From assembly GCA_000997385.1 (NCBI GenBank), contig LCBT01000004.1, positions 8,002 through 72,001 of the forward strand: a stretch of DNA of 64,000 nucleotides. Direction: 5' to 3'. The stretch is from Candidatus Daviesbacteria bacterium GW2011_GWA1_41_61. GTDB taxonomy: Bacteria; Patescibacteriota; Microgenomatia; Daviesbacterales; UBA10151. A program made the position numbers and the translations under genes. Below the pieces are notes generated by a model. It did not search any database. It saw only the letters and a list, made by a program, of their open reading frames with translations, and was not told the origin of the DNA. This document shows, piece by piece, positions 1 to 9,292 of the stretch; positions within the stretch are counted from its first letter, which is position 1; every line of letters begins with the position of its first letter.

Positions 1-80
1 AAACAGATGAGATTTAAATTAGTAACAGTTTTTGTGTTAATTATTTGCGCTGTTTAAATACCTGAAAGGAGGGAAGAAAA

Positions 81-323
81 ATGGAGGCTGAGAAGGATGA
101 GACTTTTTGGAAAGAGTTGGCCCGGGAACTGGAAGAGGGAATGAAAAGAGATCTTAGAGGGGATTCTAATAAAGAAGTTGGTGGAAGTTACGCGTCCTCC
201 AGAGATGATGCTTTTGATAGTTTTTATCAGAAAGCGGTCGTGAATCAGTTTATGGAAGGAATCGAAAGACGGGAAGATCCTTTTGGCAAGACAGAAAATG
301 ATCCCTATAGGGCAAGCTATTGA
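81..323 (+). CDS. hypothetical small acidic protein
   Basis: 80-aa ORF with strong SD (aaaggaggg) 8 nt upstream of ATG; no recognisable family. Confidence 0.35.
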   Translation: MEAEKDETFWKELARELEEGMKRDLRGDSNKEVGGSYASSRDDAFDSFYQKAVVNQFMEGIERREDPFGKTENDPYRASY

Positions 324-522
324 AGGAGTGGTGGAGGCCTATCACCAAATGGTGGCAGGGAGGTTTATTAGTGGAGCTATGGAGTGGGAGTGTGCTTTTG
401 CTAATATAAAAGATTCCCCTTCTGATGCTAAGTTAGAAGCTTTGTTGGATTTATCGGTGGCCCGTTTAGTGAAGGCTTTTTATGAAAAACATAGAAATAA
501 AAAGAAGGGAGGAGCTTCATGA
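283..522 (+). CDS. hypothetical protein; may be the out-of-frame continuation of the 81..323 ORF (frameshift or pseudogene)
   Basis: 79-aa ORF overlapping previous ORF by 41 nt in another frame, no SD before any in-frame Met; ends with ATGA overlap into the GntR gene. Confidence 0.2.
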   Translation: MARQKMIPIGQAIEGVVEAYHQMVAGRFISGAMEWECAFANIKDSPSDAKLEALLDLSVARLVKAFYEKHRNKKKGGAS

Positions 523-962
523 TGGAAAGAACAGATCTAGGAACAACAAAGTTACCATTATTTAGGCAATATGCCACAACTTTAATGGAAAGAATTAGCG
601 CCGGAGTTTATGCTGAAAAATTACCGCCGGAGCCAGATTTAGTTAAAGAAAGTCAATTAAGCCGGGGAACAGTTAGAGCAGCTCTGGCAATTTTAGAAGC
701 CAATGGTACAATTACCAGGTTTTCGGGCCGAGGAACTTTTATTAACACAAATCGTTCCAGAGATCTGCTAAGGGAATCTATAGAGATAGAAGAGCTGGGA
801 TTAAAGGTAAAACCCTATCCTGAGCACCCCTTCATGGATACTCTCCTCAGACTAACAACCCTTTTGAAGGATACAACTATCCCGGAGACTGTCAAAGGTG
901 GGTTAGTCAAGGTAATCAGTGCTCAGCTAGATTTGGTTGAGCAATTAAGGTATGTTTATTGA
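519..962 (+). CDS. GntR-family winged-HTH transcriptional regulator
   Basis: N-terminal motif LPPEPDLVKESQLSRGTVRAALAILEANGTI typical of GntR HTH; SD aagggaggag upstream. Confidence 0.55.
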   Translation: MMERTDLGTTKLPLFRQYATTLMERISAGVYAEKLPPEPDLVKESQLSRGTVRAALAILEANGTITRFSGRGTFINTNRSRDLLRESIEIEELGLKVKPYPEHPFMDTLLRLTTLLKDTTIPETVKGGLVKVISAQLDLVEQLRYVY

Positions 963-989
963 GTTGCCCTAAATGTATTTAAATAGTTA

Positions 990-1340
990 CTACTTTTTCT
1001 TGATCCTAAATTTGCCATCTTTTTCTGTTACAACCATAAAGCCCCTGATATCTTTGTGTTTTGAGAAGATCTCTTTGAGAGCTTCTATTTTATTGTCTGA
1101 CCTTTGGTTCGGTAGTCTTAAAAGAATGATCCCTCTGTGTGGCTGCCCATATTTGAAGATTAATTCTCCGAAGTCTTTGTCGGAAGTGAGGAGAATAGCA
1201 CCTTTAGATGTTGCTAAGGTCAAAACTTGAGCGTCTTCTGCTCCTGGACTAATTTGTTTGACACGAAGGACTAAGTGGCCAGATTGTTGTAAAAATTGGG
1301 CTACCTGTTTACCGAGGTTTTCGTCTAATAAAAATTTCAT
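990..1340 (-). CDS. DUF5615 (PIN-like, Mut7-C type) putative toxin
   Basis: MKFLLDENLGKQVAQFL...LLTSDKDFGEL matches DUF5615 consensus; overlaps upstream DUF433 partner. Confidence 0.6.
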   Translation of the reverse strand: MKFLLDENLGKQVAQFLQQSGHLVLRVKQISPGAEDAQVLTLATSKGAILLTSDKDFGELIFKYGQPHRGIILLRLPNQRSDNKIEALKEIFSKHKDIRGFMVVTEKDGKFRIKKK

Positions 1341-1560
1341 GCGCCACAGTGCGTTGTGCTGGGTAAGTTTTTTCTACCACCTTTTTAGCATACTCTAGCG
1401 CTGCCTTTACTTGATCTTCTGTTAAATCGTAATCTTCTATAATTTCTGGTACAGTTTGGCCGTTTTTGATCAAATTCAGGATTAATTCCACGGTAATTCT
1501 CGTCCCCTCAATTGTGGGCTTGCCTAACATGATATTAGGATCGGTAACGATTTTTTTCAT
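1309..1560 (-). CDS. DUF433 putative antitoxin (partner of DUF5615)
   Basis: LGKPTIEGTRITVELILNLIKNGQTVPEIIEDYDLTEDQVKAALEYA matches DUF433; six-frame track starts at TTG 1575, ATG at 1560 preceded by TGTATAAT (leaderless-like). Confidence 0.6.
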   Translation of the reverse strand: MKKIVTDPNIMLGKPTIEGTRITVELILNLIKNGQTVPEIIEDYDLTEDQVKAALEYAKKVVEKTYPAQRTVAHEIFIRRKPR

Positions 1561-1580
1561 AAAGTAATTATACAAAATTT

Positions 1581-1614
1581 GCGTTAATTTTGGCAGTAGT
1601 GTATAATACTTTCT
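1581..1614 (+). promoter_or_regulatory. sigma70-like promoter for pnp (TTGCGT-17-TGTATAAT, extended -10)
   Basis: ttgcgt taattttggcagtagtg tataat read directly; divergent from TA pair promoter. Confidence 0.35.
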
Positions 1615-1706
1615 AGGTTAGAGGTTTTGGAGATTGAAAAGAACCAATTAGTTAACTACTAGTTGCTTCTTCTGCAGTTTCCAACCCTTAACCACTTTAA
1701 TTTAAT

Positions 1707-3950
1707 ATGCAAAAAGTTGTTACCCGAGAGATTGATCTCGCTGGACGAAAGCTTAAACTGGAAACAGGCTTGCTGGCTCAGCAGGCAGATGCTTCAGTGG
1801 TGGCTTCTTGGGGTGAAACAGTAGTCCTTTGCACTGTGGCTACTAAGCCTTTGACCCAGGATATGGGTTACTTTCCTTTGTCAGTAGAGTATGTGGAGAA
1901 ATACTATGCCGGAGGCAGAATCACCGCTCAAAAGTTTATCAAAAGAGAAACCCGTCCTCCCGAAAAGGCTATTTTAGCCGGCAGAGCCATTGACCGGGCT
2001 ATCCGCCCTCTTTTTCCAAAAGATTTTTATAATGAGGTTCAAGTAGTGGTAACAATTTTGTCCTTTGATGGGGTCAACGATCCAGCTTTGACAGGTTTTA
2101 TTGGTACCTCTGCTGCTTTGGCTATCTCTTCAGTGCCTTGGGATGGGCCAATTGGTATAACCCGGGTTGGCCAGGCGAATGGTAGTTTTATCCTCAACCC
2201 TGATTTAGAAACTGAAGACCATCTTGATCTAAATACTTTGGTAGCTTCCACTAAGGATAAGGTAGTGATGCTGGAAACCGAAGGCAAAGAAATAGATGAG
2301 ACAACTGTCTTAGCAGCTATTAAAGAAGGGCATACTGCTGCCCAGCGGGTGATTGATTTCATTGCTGATTTTTCCAAAGAAGTGGGCCGGGAAAAGCAGC
2401 CCTACACTCCGGTGTCTGAAGATGTTGAACTTTCACTTTTGGCTGATGTTAAAGGTGAGTTCAAAGAAAAGATTGAAGCAGCTTTATTTGATACCCAACA
2501 TCCATGGCATGAAGCTACGGGGGATATGATCAAAGAAGAGCTGGCTATCAAATATGCTGAAAAGTTGACTCCCCAACAAGTTGGAACGATCTTTGATAAG
2601 GTTGCCAAAGAGCTGATGCTTGATTTTGTCTTAAATAAAGGCAAAAGGGTGGACTCCCGGGCTATGGATGAAATCCGTCCGATCTCCATAATACTAGGTT
2701 TACTTCCTCGGACTCATGGTTCAGCCATCTTTCAGCGGGGAGGAACCCAGGTTTTAGGCATAGCTACTTTAGGACCACTTTCTGCTTCTCAAATCCTGGA
2801 AGGAATGACGGGGGAAAGCACTAAAAGGTATATGCATCACTATAATATGGGCATTAACCCCTTTGCCACTGGCGAGGTGAAGAGGATTGGCAGTCCGGGC
2901 AGACGGGATATCGGTCACGGAGCCTTAGCAGAAAAAGCTTTAGTTAATGTTTTGCCCCCAGAGGAAGAGTTTCCCTATGCTATCAGAGTGGTTTCAGAAG
3001 TTTTAGGGGCTAATGCCTCAACTTCGATGGCTTCAGTCTGCGCTTCAACTTTATCTTTACTTAATGCCGGAGTGCCGCTGAAAAATCCGGTGGCAGGTAT
3101 CGCCATGGGACTTTTTTCCAATGAAGAGAAATTCCAAGTAATTACTGATATGCAGGCAGTGGAAGACTTTTATGGCCAGATGGACTTTAAAGTAGCAGGA
3201 ACTTTAAAAGGTATTACCGCTATTCAAATGGATACCAAGCTTCATGGTTTAACCTTGGTCATTATTGAAGAGGCCTTAAAACAGGGTAAAAAAGCCCGGG
3301 AATTTATTATTACCAAAATTAATGAAGCGGTTCCTGAGGTTTCCCAGCTTTCCAAGTATGCTCCTAAGATTGAGGTGACTCATATTAAGCCTGAGGATAT
3401 TGGCACTTTAATTGGCAGCGGCGGCAAAACCATTAACGGGATTATTGCTAAAACGGGAGCCCAGATTGATATCGAAGATGATGGAACAGTGATGATCTCG
3501 GCAGTTGACGAGGCAGCAGTACAAAGAGCATTAGAAGCAGTAGAAGGGATGTTTAGAGAGATCCAAGTAGGTGAGGTTTATGAAGGTAAGGTGGTAAGAA
3601 TTGCTCCTTTTGGAGCTTTCGTGGAGATTCTGCCAGGCAGGGATGGTTTGGTTCATGTTTCCCAAATGGCTCCCCATCGGGTAGAAAAGCCAGAAGATAT
3701 TGTCAGTGTGGGGCAAACTGTTAAAGTCAGGGTTACTGAGGTAGATAATATGGGGAAAATTGGTCTGTCGATGCTTTTTGGAGAGGACCGGAAAGAAGAC
3801 TCAGAGTCAAGGCCTCAAAGACGGGATTTTGGAGCCCGGGAAAGGTCTTTTGGTAGAGGTTCTGATAGAGGCCGGTTTGACCGGGACCGTAGTCCTTCAC
3901 GCCGGGGTTTTGGTGAGGGATCCGGTGGCCGACGGGACCGGCGGAGATAA
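1707..3950 (+). CDS. pnp: polynucleotide phosphorylase with C-terminal RG-rich tail
   Basis: Two RNase PH domains, KH (IGSGGKTINGI) and S1 (GKVVRIAPFGAFVEI) domains; last about 55 aa are Arg/Gly/Asp-rich low complexity. Confidence 0.95.
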   Translation: MQKVVTREIDLAGRKLKLETGLLAQQADASVVASWGETVVLCTVATKPLTQDMGYFPLSVEYVEKYYAGGRITAQKFIKRETRPPEKAILAGRAIDRAIRPLFPKDFYNEVQVVVTILSFDGVNDPALTGFIGTSAALAISSVPWDGPIGITRVGQANGSFILNPDLETEDHLDLNTLVASTKDKVVMLETEGKEIDETTVLAAIKEGHTAAQRVIDFIADFSKEVGREKQPYTPVSEDVELSLLADVKGEFKEKIEAALFDTQHPWHEATGDMIKEELAIKYAEKLTPQQVGTIFDKVAKELMLDFVLNKGKRVDSRAMDEIRPISIILGLLPRTHGSAIFQRGGTQVLGIATLGPLSASQILEGMTGESTKRYMHHYNMGINPFATGEVKRIGSPGRRDIGHGALAEKALVNVLPPEEEFPYAIRVVSEVLGANASTSMASVCASTLSLLNAGVPLKNPVAGIAMGLFSNEEKFQVITDMQAVEDFYGQMDFKVAGTLKGITAIQMDTKLHGLTLVIIEEALKQGKKAREFIITKINEAVPEVSQLSKYAPKIEVTHIKPEDIGTLIGSGGKTINGIIAKTGAQIDIEDDGTVMISAVDEAAVQRALEAVEGMFREIQVGEVYEGKVVRIAPFGAFVEILPGRDGLVHVSQMAPHRVEKPEDIVSVGQTVKVRVTEVDNMGKIGLSMLFGEDRKEDSESRPQRRDFGARERSFGRGSDRGRFDRDRSPSRRGFGEGSGGRRDRRR

Positions 3951-4029
3951 GGATTACAGTATAGTTTTCCTCTGATTAGTGCTAAAATTAAACTAGATAA
4001 GGATTTACGATTTAAATCTCTTAAAAGCT

Positions 4030-5091
4030 ATGGATACTGCTGCCCAAGGTAGTGATAACTCTTCAAACCAGGACCAAATTAGTAAACTTCGGGATTTGGT
4101 AAACAAAGTTTCCTTACCTTCCGGTTTAACCGAGAAATTAAATGAGCATTTAGATCGGCTGGCCCGGGCCATTGCCTCTTCAGGTTATAAAATTGAGTTT
4201 GATCGGGAGTTTGAATATATCCAATTTGTGGCTACATTGCCTTTTAATAAATCATCGGAAGATATTTTAGATTTAACTACAGCAGCTCAAATTTTGGATA
4301 AATACCATTTTGGACTGCGGGCAGCTAAGGAAAGAATTTTGGAGTATCTTTCGGTACTGATTTTAAATGCCCGGCAGGGAAAAAGTTTTCATTCCTCCGT
4401 GCTGTTTTTTGTGGGGTTAGTAGGAAGCGGTAAGACATCTTTGGCTTATTCTATTGCGGAAAGCTTAGGACGAAAGATCATCCGTATCCCCTTTGGAGGC
4501 TTGGGATCTGTCAAAGAACTGCGGGGGCAGTCTCGGGTCCGGGCAGAAGCTGAACCAGGAAGGCTGATACAATCAATCCAATCGGTGGGAGTCAACAACC
4601 CAGTTATCCTTTTGGATGAGTTAGACAGGGTAGCCACTGAATCGCGGGCTGATGTGATGGGAGTATTAGTAGAGCTTTTGGATCCGGAACAAAACTCTAC
4701 CTTTTTAGACCACTATGTAGATTATCCCTTTGATCTATCCAAGGTTTTATTTATCGGCACAGCGAATAACACCGCCAATATTGCCACGGCGGTGATGGAT
4801 CGATTGGAGATGATTGAAATGCCTTCTTACAGTGATGAAGAAAAGATTACTATTGGCCGGGATTATATCTTACCCAAGGTTTTAAAAGAATCTGGGCTGC
4901 CCGAGGGTACAGTTGCTTTAGACGTTGCCTTGTGGCCGCAAATTGTCCGCCCCTTAGGCTATGATGGTGGTATTAGGTCGCTACAGCGGACTATTCAAGG
5001 GGTGGTCAGAAAGGTAGCCAAAGAGGTAGTACAAGGGAACTTTGGACCTTATAATTTAACAGGAGAGAATATTAGTCGATATTTGGGATAA
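4030..5091 (+). CDS. Lon-like AAA+ ATPase lacking N-domain and protease domain
   Basis: Lon helical region (LDKYHFGL..KERILEYLSV), Walker A GLVGSGKTS, Walker B ILLDELDR, sensor-1 IGTANN; 353 aa, stops before protease domain; next gene is RNase J. Confidence 0.7.
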   Translation: MDTAAQGSDNSSNQDQISKLRDLVNKVSLPSGLTEKLNEHLDRLARAIASSGYKIEFDREFEYIQFVATLPFNKSSEDILDLTTAAQILDKYHFGLRAAKERILEYLSVLILNARQGKSFHSSVLFFVGLVGSGKTSLAYSIAESLGRKIIRIPFGGLGSVKELRGQSRVRAEAEPGRLIQSIQSVGVNNPVILLDELDRVATESRADVMGVLVELLDPEQNSTFLDHYVDYPFDLSKVLFIGTANNTANIATAVMDRLEMIEMPSYSDEEKITIGRDYILPKVLKESGLPEGTVALDVALWPQIVRPLGYDGGIRSLQRTIQGVVRKVAKEVVQGNFGPYNLTGENISRYLG

Positions 5092-5098
5092 AAAAATT

Positions 5099-6799
5099 AT
5101 GAATAAAAAATTTAGACCTCATTATGACAATAGAGCTGGAGTACTTACCCCTTTAAAGGTTATCCCTTTAGGTGGTGTGGGTGATGTGAGTAAAAATATG
5201 TATGTTTATGAGTATGGCCAGGATATTGTCATTGTTGACTGTGGGATTGGCTTTCCCGATGAAGCTATGCCTGGCATTGATTTGGTCATCCCGGACATCT
5301 CTTATTTGAAAGACAAAAAACACAAAATCCGGGGATTGGTTATTACTCATGCTCATGATGACCATATTGGCGGTATCCCCTATCTTTGGAAGGAGTTAGG
5401 TTTTCCTCCTATCTATGCTCAAAGATTGGCAGCCGCTTTTATTAAAAATAAACTGCATGAGTTTAACTTAAGCCAAAAGGGTCTTAACACCGTTAGTATT
5501 GATAGCCGTTTTAATCTGGGCCATTTTAATATCAGCTTTTATCAAGTTTCTCACTCAGTACCTGATTCAACAGGCATTGTTTTGGAAACTCCGGCTGGCA
5601 GGGTTATCCACCAGGCTGATTTTAAAGTCGATTGGACACCGATGAGTGGCCAGGTGATTGATGTGGGGAAGATTGCCCTGATGGGGGATAAAGGAGTAGC
5701 ATTGATGTTAATTGATGCTTTGAGGGTGGAAAAGCCTGGCTACACTTTATCAGAAAAAACGATTCAGCCAACTTTTGCCCGGATTGAGGCTGAAACTAAG
5801 GGTAAGGTGTTGATCACCACTGTATCTTCCAATATCGGACGGATCCAGCAGGCTATCAATGTGGCTGTAGATGCTGGAAGAAAAATTGCTTTTCTGGGTA
5901 GATCAATGGAGAGCAACTTCCAAATTGCTTGGGATTTAGGTTATCTCCAAGTTCCCTCGGGGATTGTGATTGCCCCGGAGGAGATTAAGAGGTTCCCCGA
6001 AAAGAAGTTGATGTTGATTGTGGCCGGTTCTCAAGGTCAACCCGGCTCATCTTTGTCCCGTATTGCCAATAACGATCACAAGTTTGCTTTTGTCACCCCC
6101 CGTGACAGTGTGGTTTTTTCTGCTGATCCCATTCCTTCCCGTGAAGCAGCCCAGCATGCTTTAATTGATAGGCTGACTAAATTGGGAGCCAATGTTTACT
6201 ACACCGAGATTACGGATGATCTTCATGTTTCAGGTCATGCCAGCGCTGAGGAGATAAAGATGATGATCAATCTAGCCAAACCGAAGTATCTGCTACCCAT
6301 TGGGGCTACTTTCAGACAGATGAAGGCTTTTTCTAAAATGGTCCAGCAGTTGGGGTATGAAGAAGAGAAGATTTTATTAGTCGAAGATGGCAAGGTAGTC
6401 ACCCTTAGCCAGGACAATGTTAAAGCAGATGGATTTGTGGAGGCTAAAAATGTTTATGTTGATGGACTGGGGGTGGGGGATATTGGTAGTGTGGTGTTGC
6501 GGGATAGGATGGTTATGGCCGAGGAGGGAATTGTTTTAGTCATTGTCCCGGTTGATGTCCGTACCAGCAAATTAACCGGAGAACCGGATATTGTCAGCCG
6601 GGGGTTTGTTTTTGAGAAACAATCGGAGGAGCTGTTAGATAAAGCTAAAAATATTGTTAAAGCAGCTTTAGCAGATCATCCTGATGCTGCTTTAGATTGG
6701 CGGTTTATCCGCCGCCATATTGAGGACAGTTTAGAGAAATTTTTCTATGAGGAGACCAAGAGAAGCCCGTTAATTTTGCCAGTAGTGATAGAAGTATAA
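5099..6799 (+). CDS. rnj: ribonuclease J (metallo-beta-lactamase/beta-CASP)
   Basis: HAHDDHIGG motif, about 560 aa RNase J architecture with C-terminal domain. Confidence 0.9.
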   Translation: MNKKFRPHYDNRAGVLTPLKVIPLGGVGDVSKNMYVYEYGQDIVIVDCGIGFPDEAMPGIDLVIPDISYLKDKKHKIRGLVITHAHDDHIGGIPYLWKELGFPPIYAQRLAAAFIKNKLHEFNLSQKGLNTVSIDSRFNLGHFNISFYQVSHSVPDSTGIVLETPAGRVIHQADFKVDWTPMSGQVIDVGKIALMGDKGVALMLIDALRVEKPGYTLSEKTIQPTFARIEAETKGKVLITTVSSNIGRIQQAINVAVDAGRKIAFLGRSMESNFQIAWDLGYLQVPSGIVIAPEEIKRFPEKKLMLIVAGSQGQPGSSLSRIANNDHKFAFVTPRDSVVFSADPIPSREAAQHALIDRLTKLGANVYYTEITDDLHVSGHASAEEIKMMINLAKPKYLLPIGATFRQMKAFSKMVQQLGYEEEKILLVEDGKVVTLSQDNVKADGFVEAKNVYVDGLGVGDIGSVVLRDRMVMAEEGIVLVIVPVDVRTSKLTGEPDIVSRGFVFEKQSEELLDKAKNIVKAALADHPDAALDWRFIRRHIEDSLEKFFYEETKRSPLILPVVIEV

Positions 6800-6865
6800 T
6801 TATCCTATAGTGCTTACAAGTATGATATAATACTTATAAAGTTAAAGTTTTGAGATAACTAAACT

Positions 6866-8971
6866 ATGTCTAGACGTCGTTCACCTTATTCTCTTCCTAA
6901 ACTAAAGCTGCACCAGAAAACTGTGGTGGCAGTGGGTTCTTTAGTAGCTTTAGTGCTAGCTGGCCTTTCCGGGGTGGCCCTTTTAACTGACACTCCAACG
7001 CTCAATTTTTGGCGGGAGTTTTTGCAGCAGTATTTGGGTTGGACGGCGATCTTTTCCCCAGCGCTGTTTTTAGTCACTGCCTTGGTCTTACAGAAATTTA
7101 AATGGTCAGCAGCTCAGCCTAATGTTTTGGTAGGCTTGGTAACTTTGGTGGTAGTTTTAAGTGGTTTAACTTCCCCTTTAGATTCTTCTCAGGCTGGGCA
7201 GATTGGCAATTTAGTGTGGGTAGAACTGGCCTCTCTTTTGACAAACTTTGGAGCGGGGGTAGTTTTGGCTGGAGCCTTTTTAGTGGGGGTGGTGGTGTTA
7301 TTTAATACCTCGATTACCACTATTTTAGGGATTTTTGTTCAAGGGGGGTTATTTTTAAAAGACAGAATTTTTGGGCCGATCTTGTCTTTGTTTAGCCGTG
7401 GGGAAGGTTTTGAACAAAGGAAGATCCCGATTAAAGTTTCCGGGGTGGATGATCTTAAACCTAAAGTTGCCTCAAGACAACAAGGGGCTGAAAGCCCGTT
7501 GGTTGCTGATGAATTGGTCCAAAATATAGCTGGTCAAGTGCGGATCTGGAAGTATCCGCCAGTGGCTTTGTTGTCTGATAAGATCGGTTCTGCGGCTGAT
7601 AGGGGGGATGTCAAAAGAAATGCGGCCACTATTGAAAAAACTCTGGATTCTTTTGGTATTCAAGCCCGGGTGGCGGAAGTCAATGGCGGCCCGGCAGTTA
7701 CCCAATATGCTTTAGAGATCTCTGCCGGGACCAAGATTGCTAAAATTGCCAACTTACAGCATGATATTGCTTTAGCTTTAGCTACCCCGACTGGAACAGT
7801 CCGGATTGAGGCTCCTATTCCTGGGAAATCTTTGGTAGGTATTGAGGTCCCCAACCGGTCACTGGAGGTGGTGGGTTTGAAAAGTATTTTATCTTCTGAA
7901 GAGATGACTAAAAACAAATCCAAGCTGGCAGTAGCTTTAGGGAGAGATACTTCTTCCCGTTCGGTGGTGGTAGATATTGCCAAGATGCCTCACTGTTTAA
8001 TTGCCGGGACTACTGGTTCTGGTAAATCTATTTTAATTAATGCTTTTATCACCACGTTGCTTTTTAGAAATTCCCCAGAAGAGTTAAAATTGATTTTAGT
8101 TGATCCTAAAAGAGTTGAGTTAAATAATTATAACGGTCTGCCTCATCTTTTAACCCCGGTTATCACCGAGCCAGAAAAAATCCTCTCTGCTTTAAAGTGG
8201 TCTATGGCCGAGATGGACCGCCGTTATAAGTTGTTCCAATCAGTGGGGGTGAGAAATATTGCCGGCTACAATGAGATGTCCGGTTTTCAGGCTTTGCCCA
8301 ATATTGTGATTTTAATTGATGAGTTGGCAGATTTAATGATATTTGCTCCGGTTGAGGTGGAGGCTGCCATTACCAGGATTGCTCAACTGGCCAGAGCCAC
8401 CGGTATTCATCTGGTGGTAGCAACACAGCGGCCATCAGTAGATGTGATTACGGGTTTAATCAAAGCCAATATCCCCTGCCGGATTGCTTTCAATGTTTCC
8501 TCAATGATTGATTCCCGGGTGATTATTGATCAGCCAGGAGCAGAGAAGCTGTTAGGCCGAGGTGATATGTTATTCCTCCCTCCTGATGCTTCCAAGCCCA
8601 TACGTATTCAAGGAGTTTTTGTCTCTGATGCTGAGATTAACAACCTGATTTTTTACTTAAAAGAGTTAGGCATTGCTCCCCAGTACACAACTGAGGTGAC
8701 AGAAATGCCATTAGGTAGGATGGGGAAGGGTGGGGACTTTGGAGATCGGGATGAATTATTTGAAGAAGCAGTCAGGACTGTCTGTCAGTATGACCGGGCT
8801 TCAGCTTCACTGCTACAAAGAAGGCTCAGGGTTGGATATGCCCGGGCTGCCAGGATGTTAGATGAATTGGAGGAATCTGGAATTGTTGGTCCAGGGGAGG
8901 GATCAAAACCCAGAGATGTCTTAGTCAGAAACGCTGAGGAATACCTTGCCCAAAGAGGAGGTTCAGAATAG
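6866..8971 (+). CDS. ftsK: DNA translocase FtsK/SpoIIIE
   Basis: N-terminal 4 TM helices, linker, motor domain with Walker A GTTGSGKS, C-terminal gamma winged-helix (LLQRRLRVGYARAARMLDELE). Confidence 0.9.
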   Translation: MSRRRSPYSLPKLKLHQKTVVAVGSLVALVLAGLSGVALLTDTPTLNFWREFLQQYLGWTAIFSPALFLVTALVLQKFKWSAAQPNVLVGLVTLVVVLSGLTSPLDSSQAGQIGNLVWVELASLLTNFGAGVVLAGAFLVGVVVLFNTSITTILGIFVQGGLFLKDRIFGPILSLFSRGEGFEQRKIPIKVSGVDDLKPKVASRQQGAESPLVADELVQNIAGQVRIWKYPPVALLSDKIGSAADRGDVKRNAATIEKTLDSFGIQARVAEVNGGPAVTQYALEISAGTKIAKIANLQHDIALALATPTGTVRIEAPIPGKSLVGIEVPNRSLEVVGLKSILSSEEMTKNKSKLAVALGRDTSSRSVVVDIAKMPHCLIAGTTGSGKSILINAFITTLLFRNSPEELKLILVDPKRVELNNYNGLPHLLTPVITEPEKILSALKWSMAEMDRRYKLFQSVGVRNIAGYNEMSGFQALPNIVILIDELADLMIFAPVEVEAAITRIAQLARATGIHLVVATQRPSVDVITGLIKANIPCRIAFNVSSMIDSRVIIDQPGAEKLLGRGDMLFLPPDASKPIRIQGVFVSDAEINNLIFYLKELGIAPQYTTEVTEMPLGRMGKGGDFGDRDELFEEAVRTVCQYDRASASLLQRRLRVGYARAARMLDELEESGIVGPGEGSKPRDVLVRNAEEYLAQRGGSE

Positions 8972-9292
8972 ATGATAGCTCAAGCACAAGCATTAAGGCT
9001 ACAATCCCGGATTGAAAGCACTTTTAATGTGTGTTTGCTTTTATCAAACTTCCGATGTTCGATTTTAATTGCCCCTGACATTTATGATTGATTCTTCTAT
9101 AGAAGGGAAACTGGTTGGGTAGCAGAATTCAGTTTAGAAATTATTCTGATAGACCAACAGTTTTAGGAAGGTTACTGCCGGATTCAATAACCTTAACAGC
9201 TAAGCTTTATTTAGAAGATATTGTTACCTCTGGAAAACGATAAAAGATGATTTACCGGTTCTTAAAGAACAGATTAGAAAGATAAAATCTTA

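Noticed and set aside
2039-2689. Minus-strand ORFs inside pnp
   Set aside because: Antisense shadows of a conserved gene
8972-9292. Possible tRNA in the 320-bp gap after ftsK (tagctcaag... and gttcgatt fragments)
   Set aside because: No cloverleaf could be built: acceptor/T-arm complementarity is absent; only short hairpins are present
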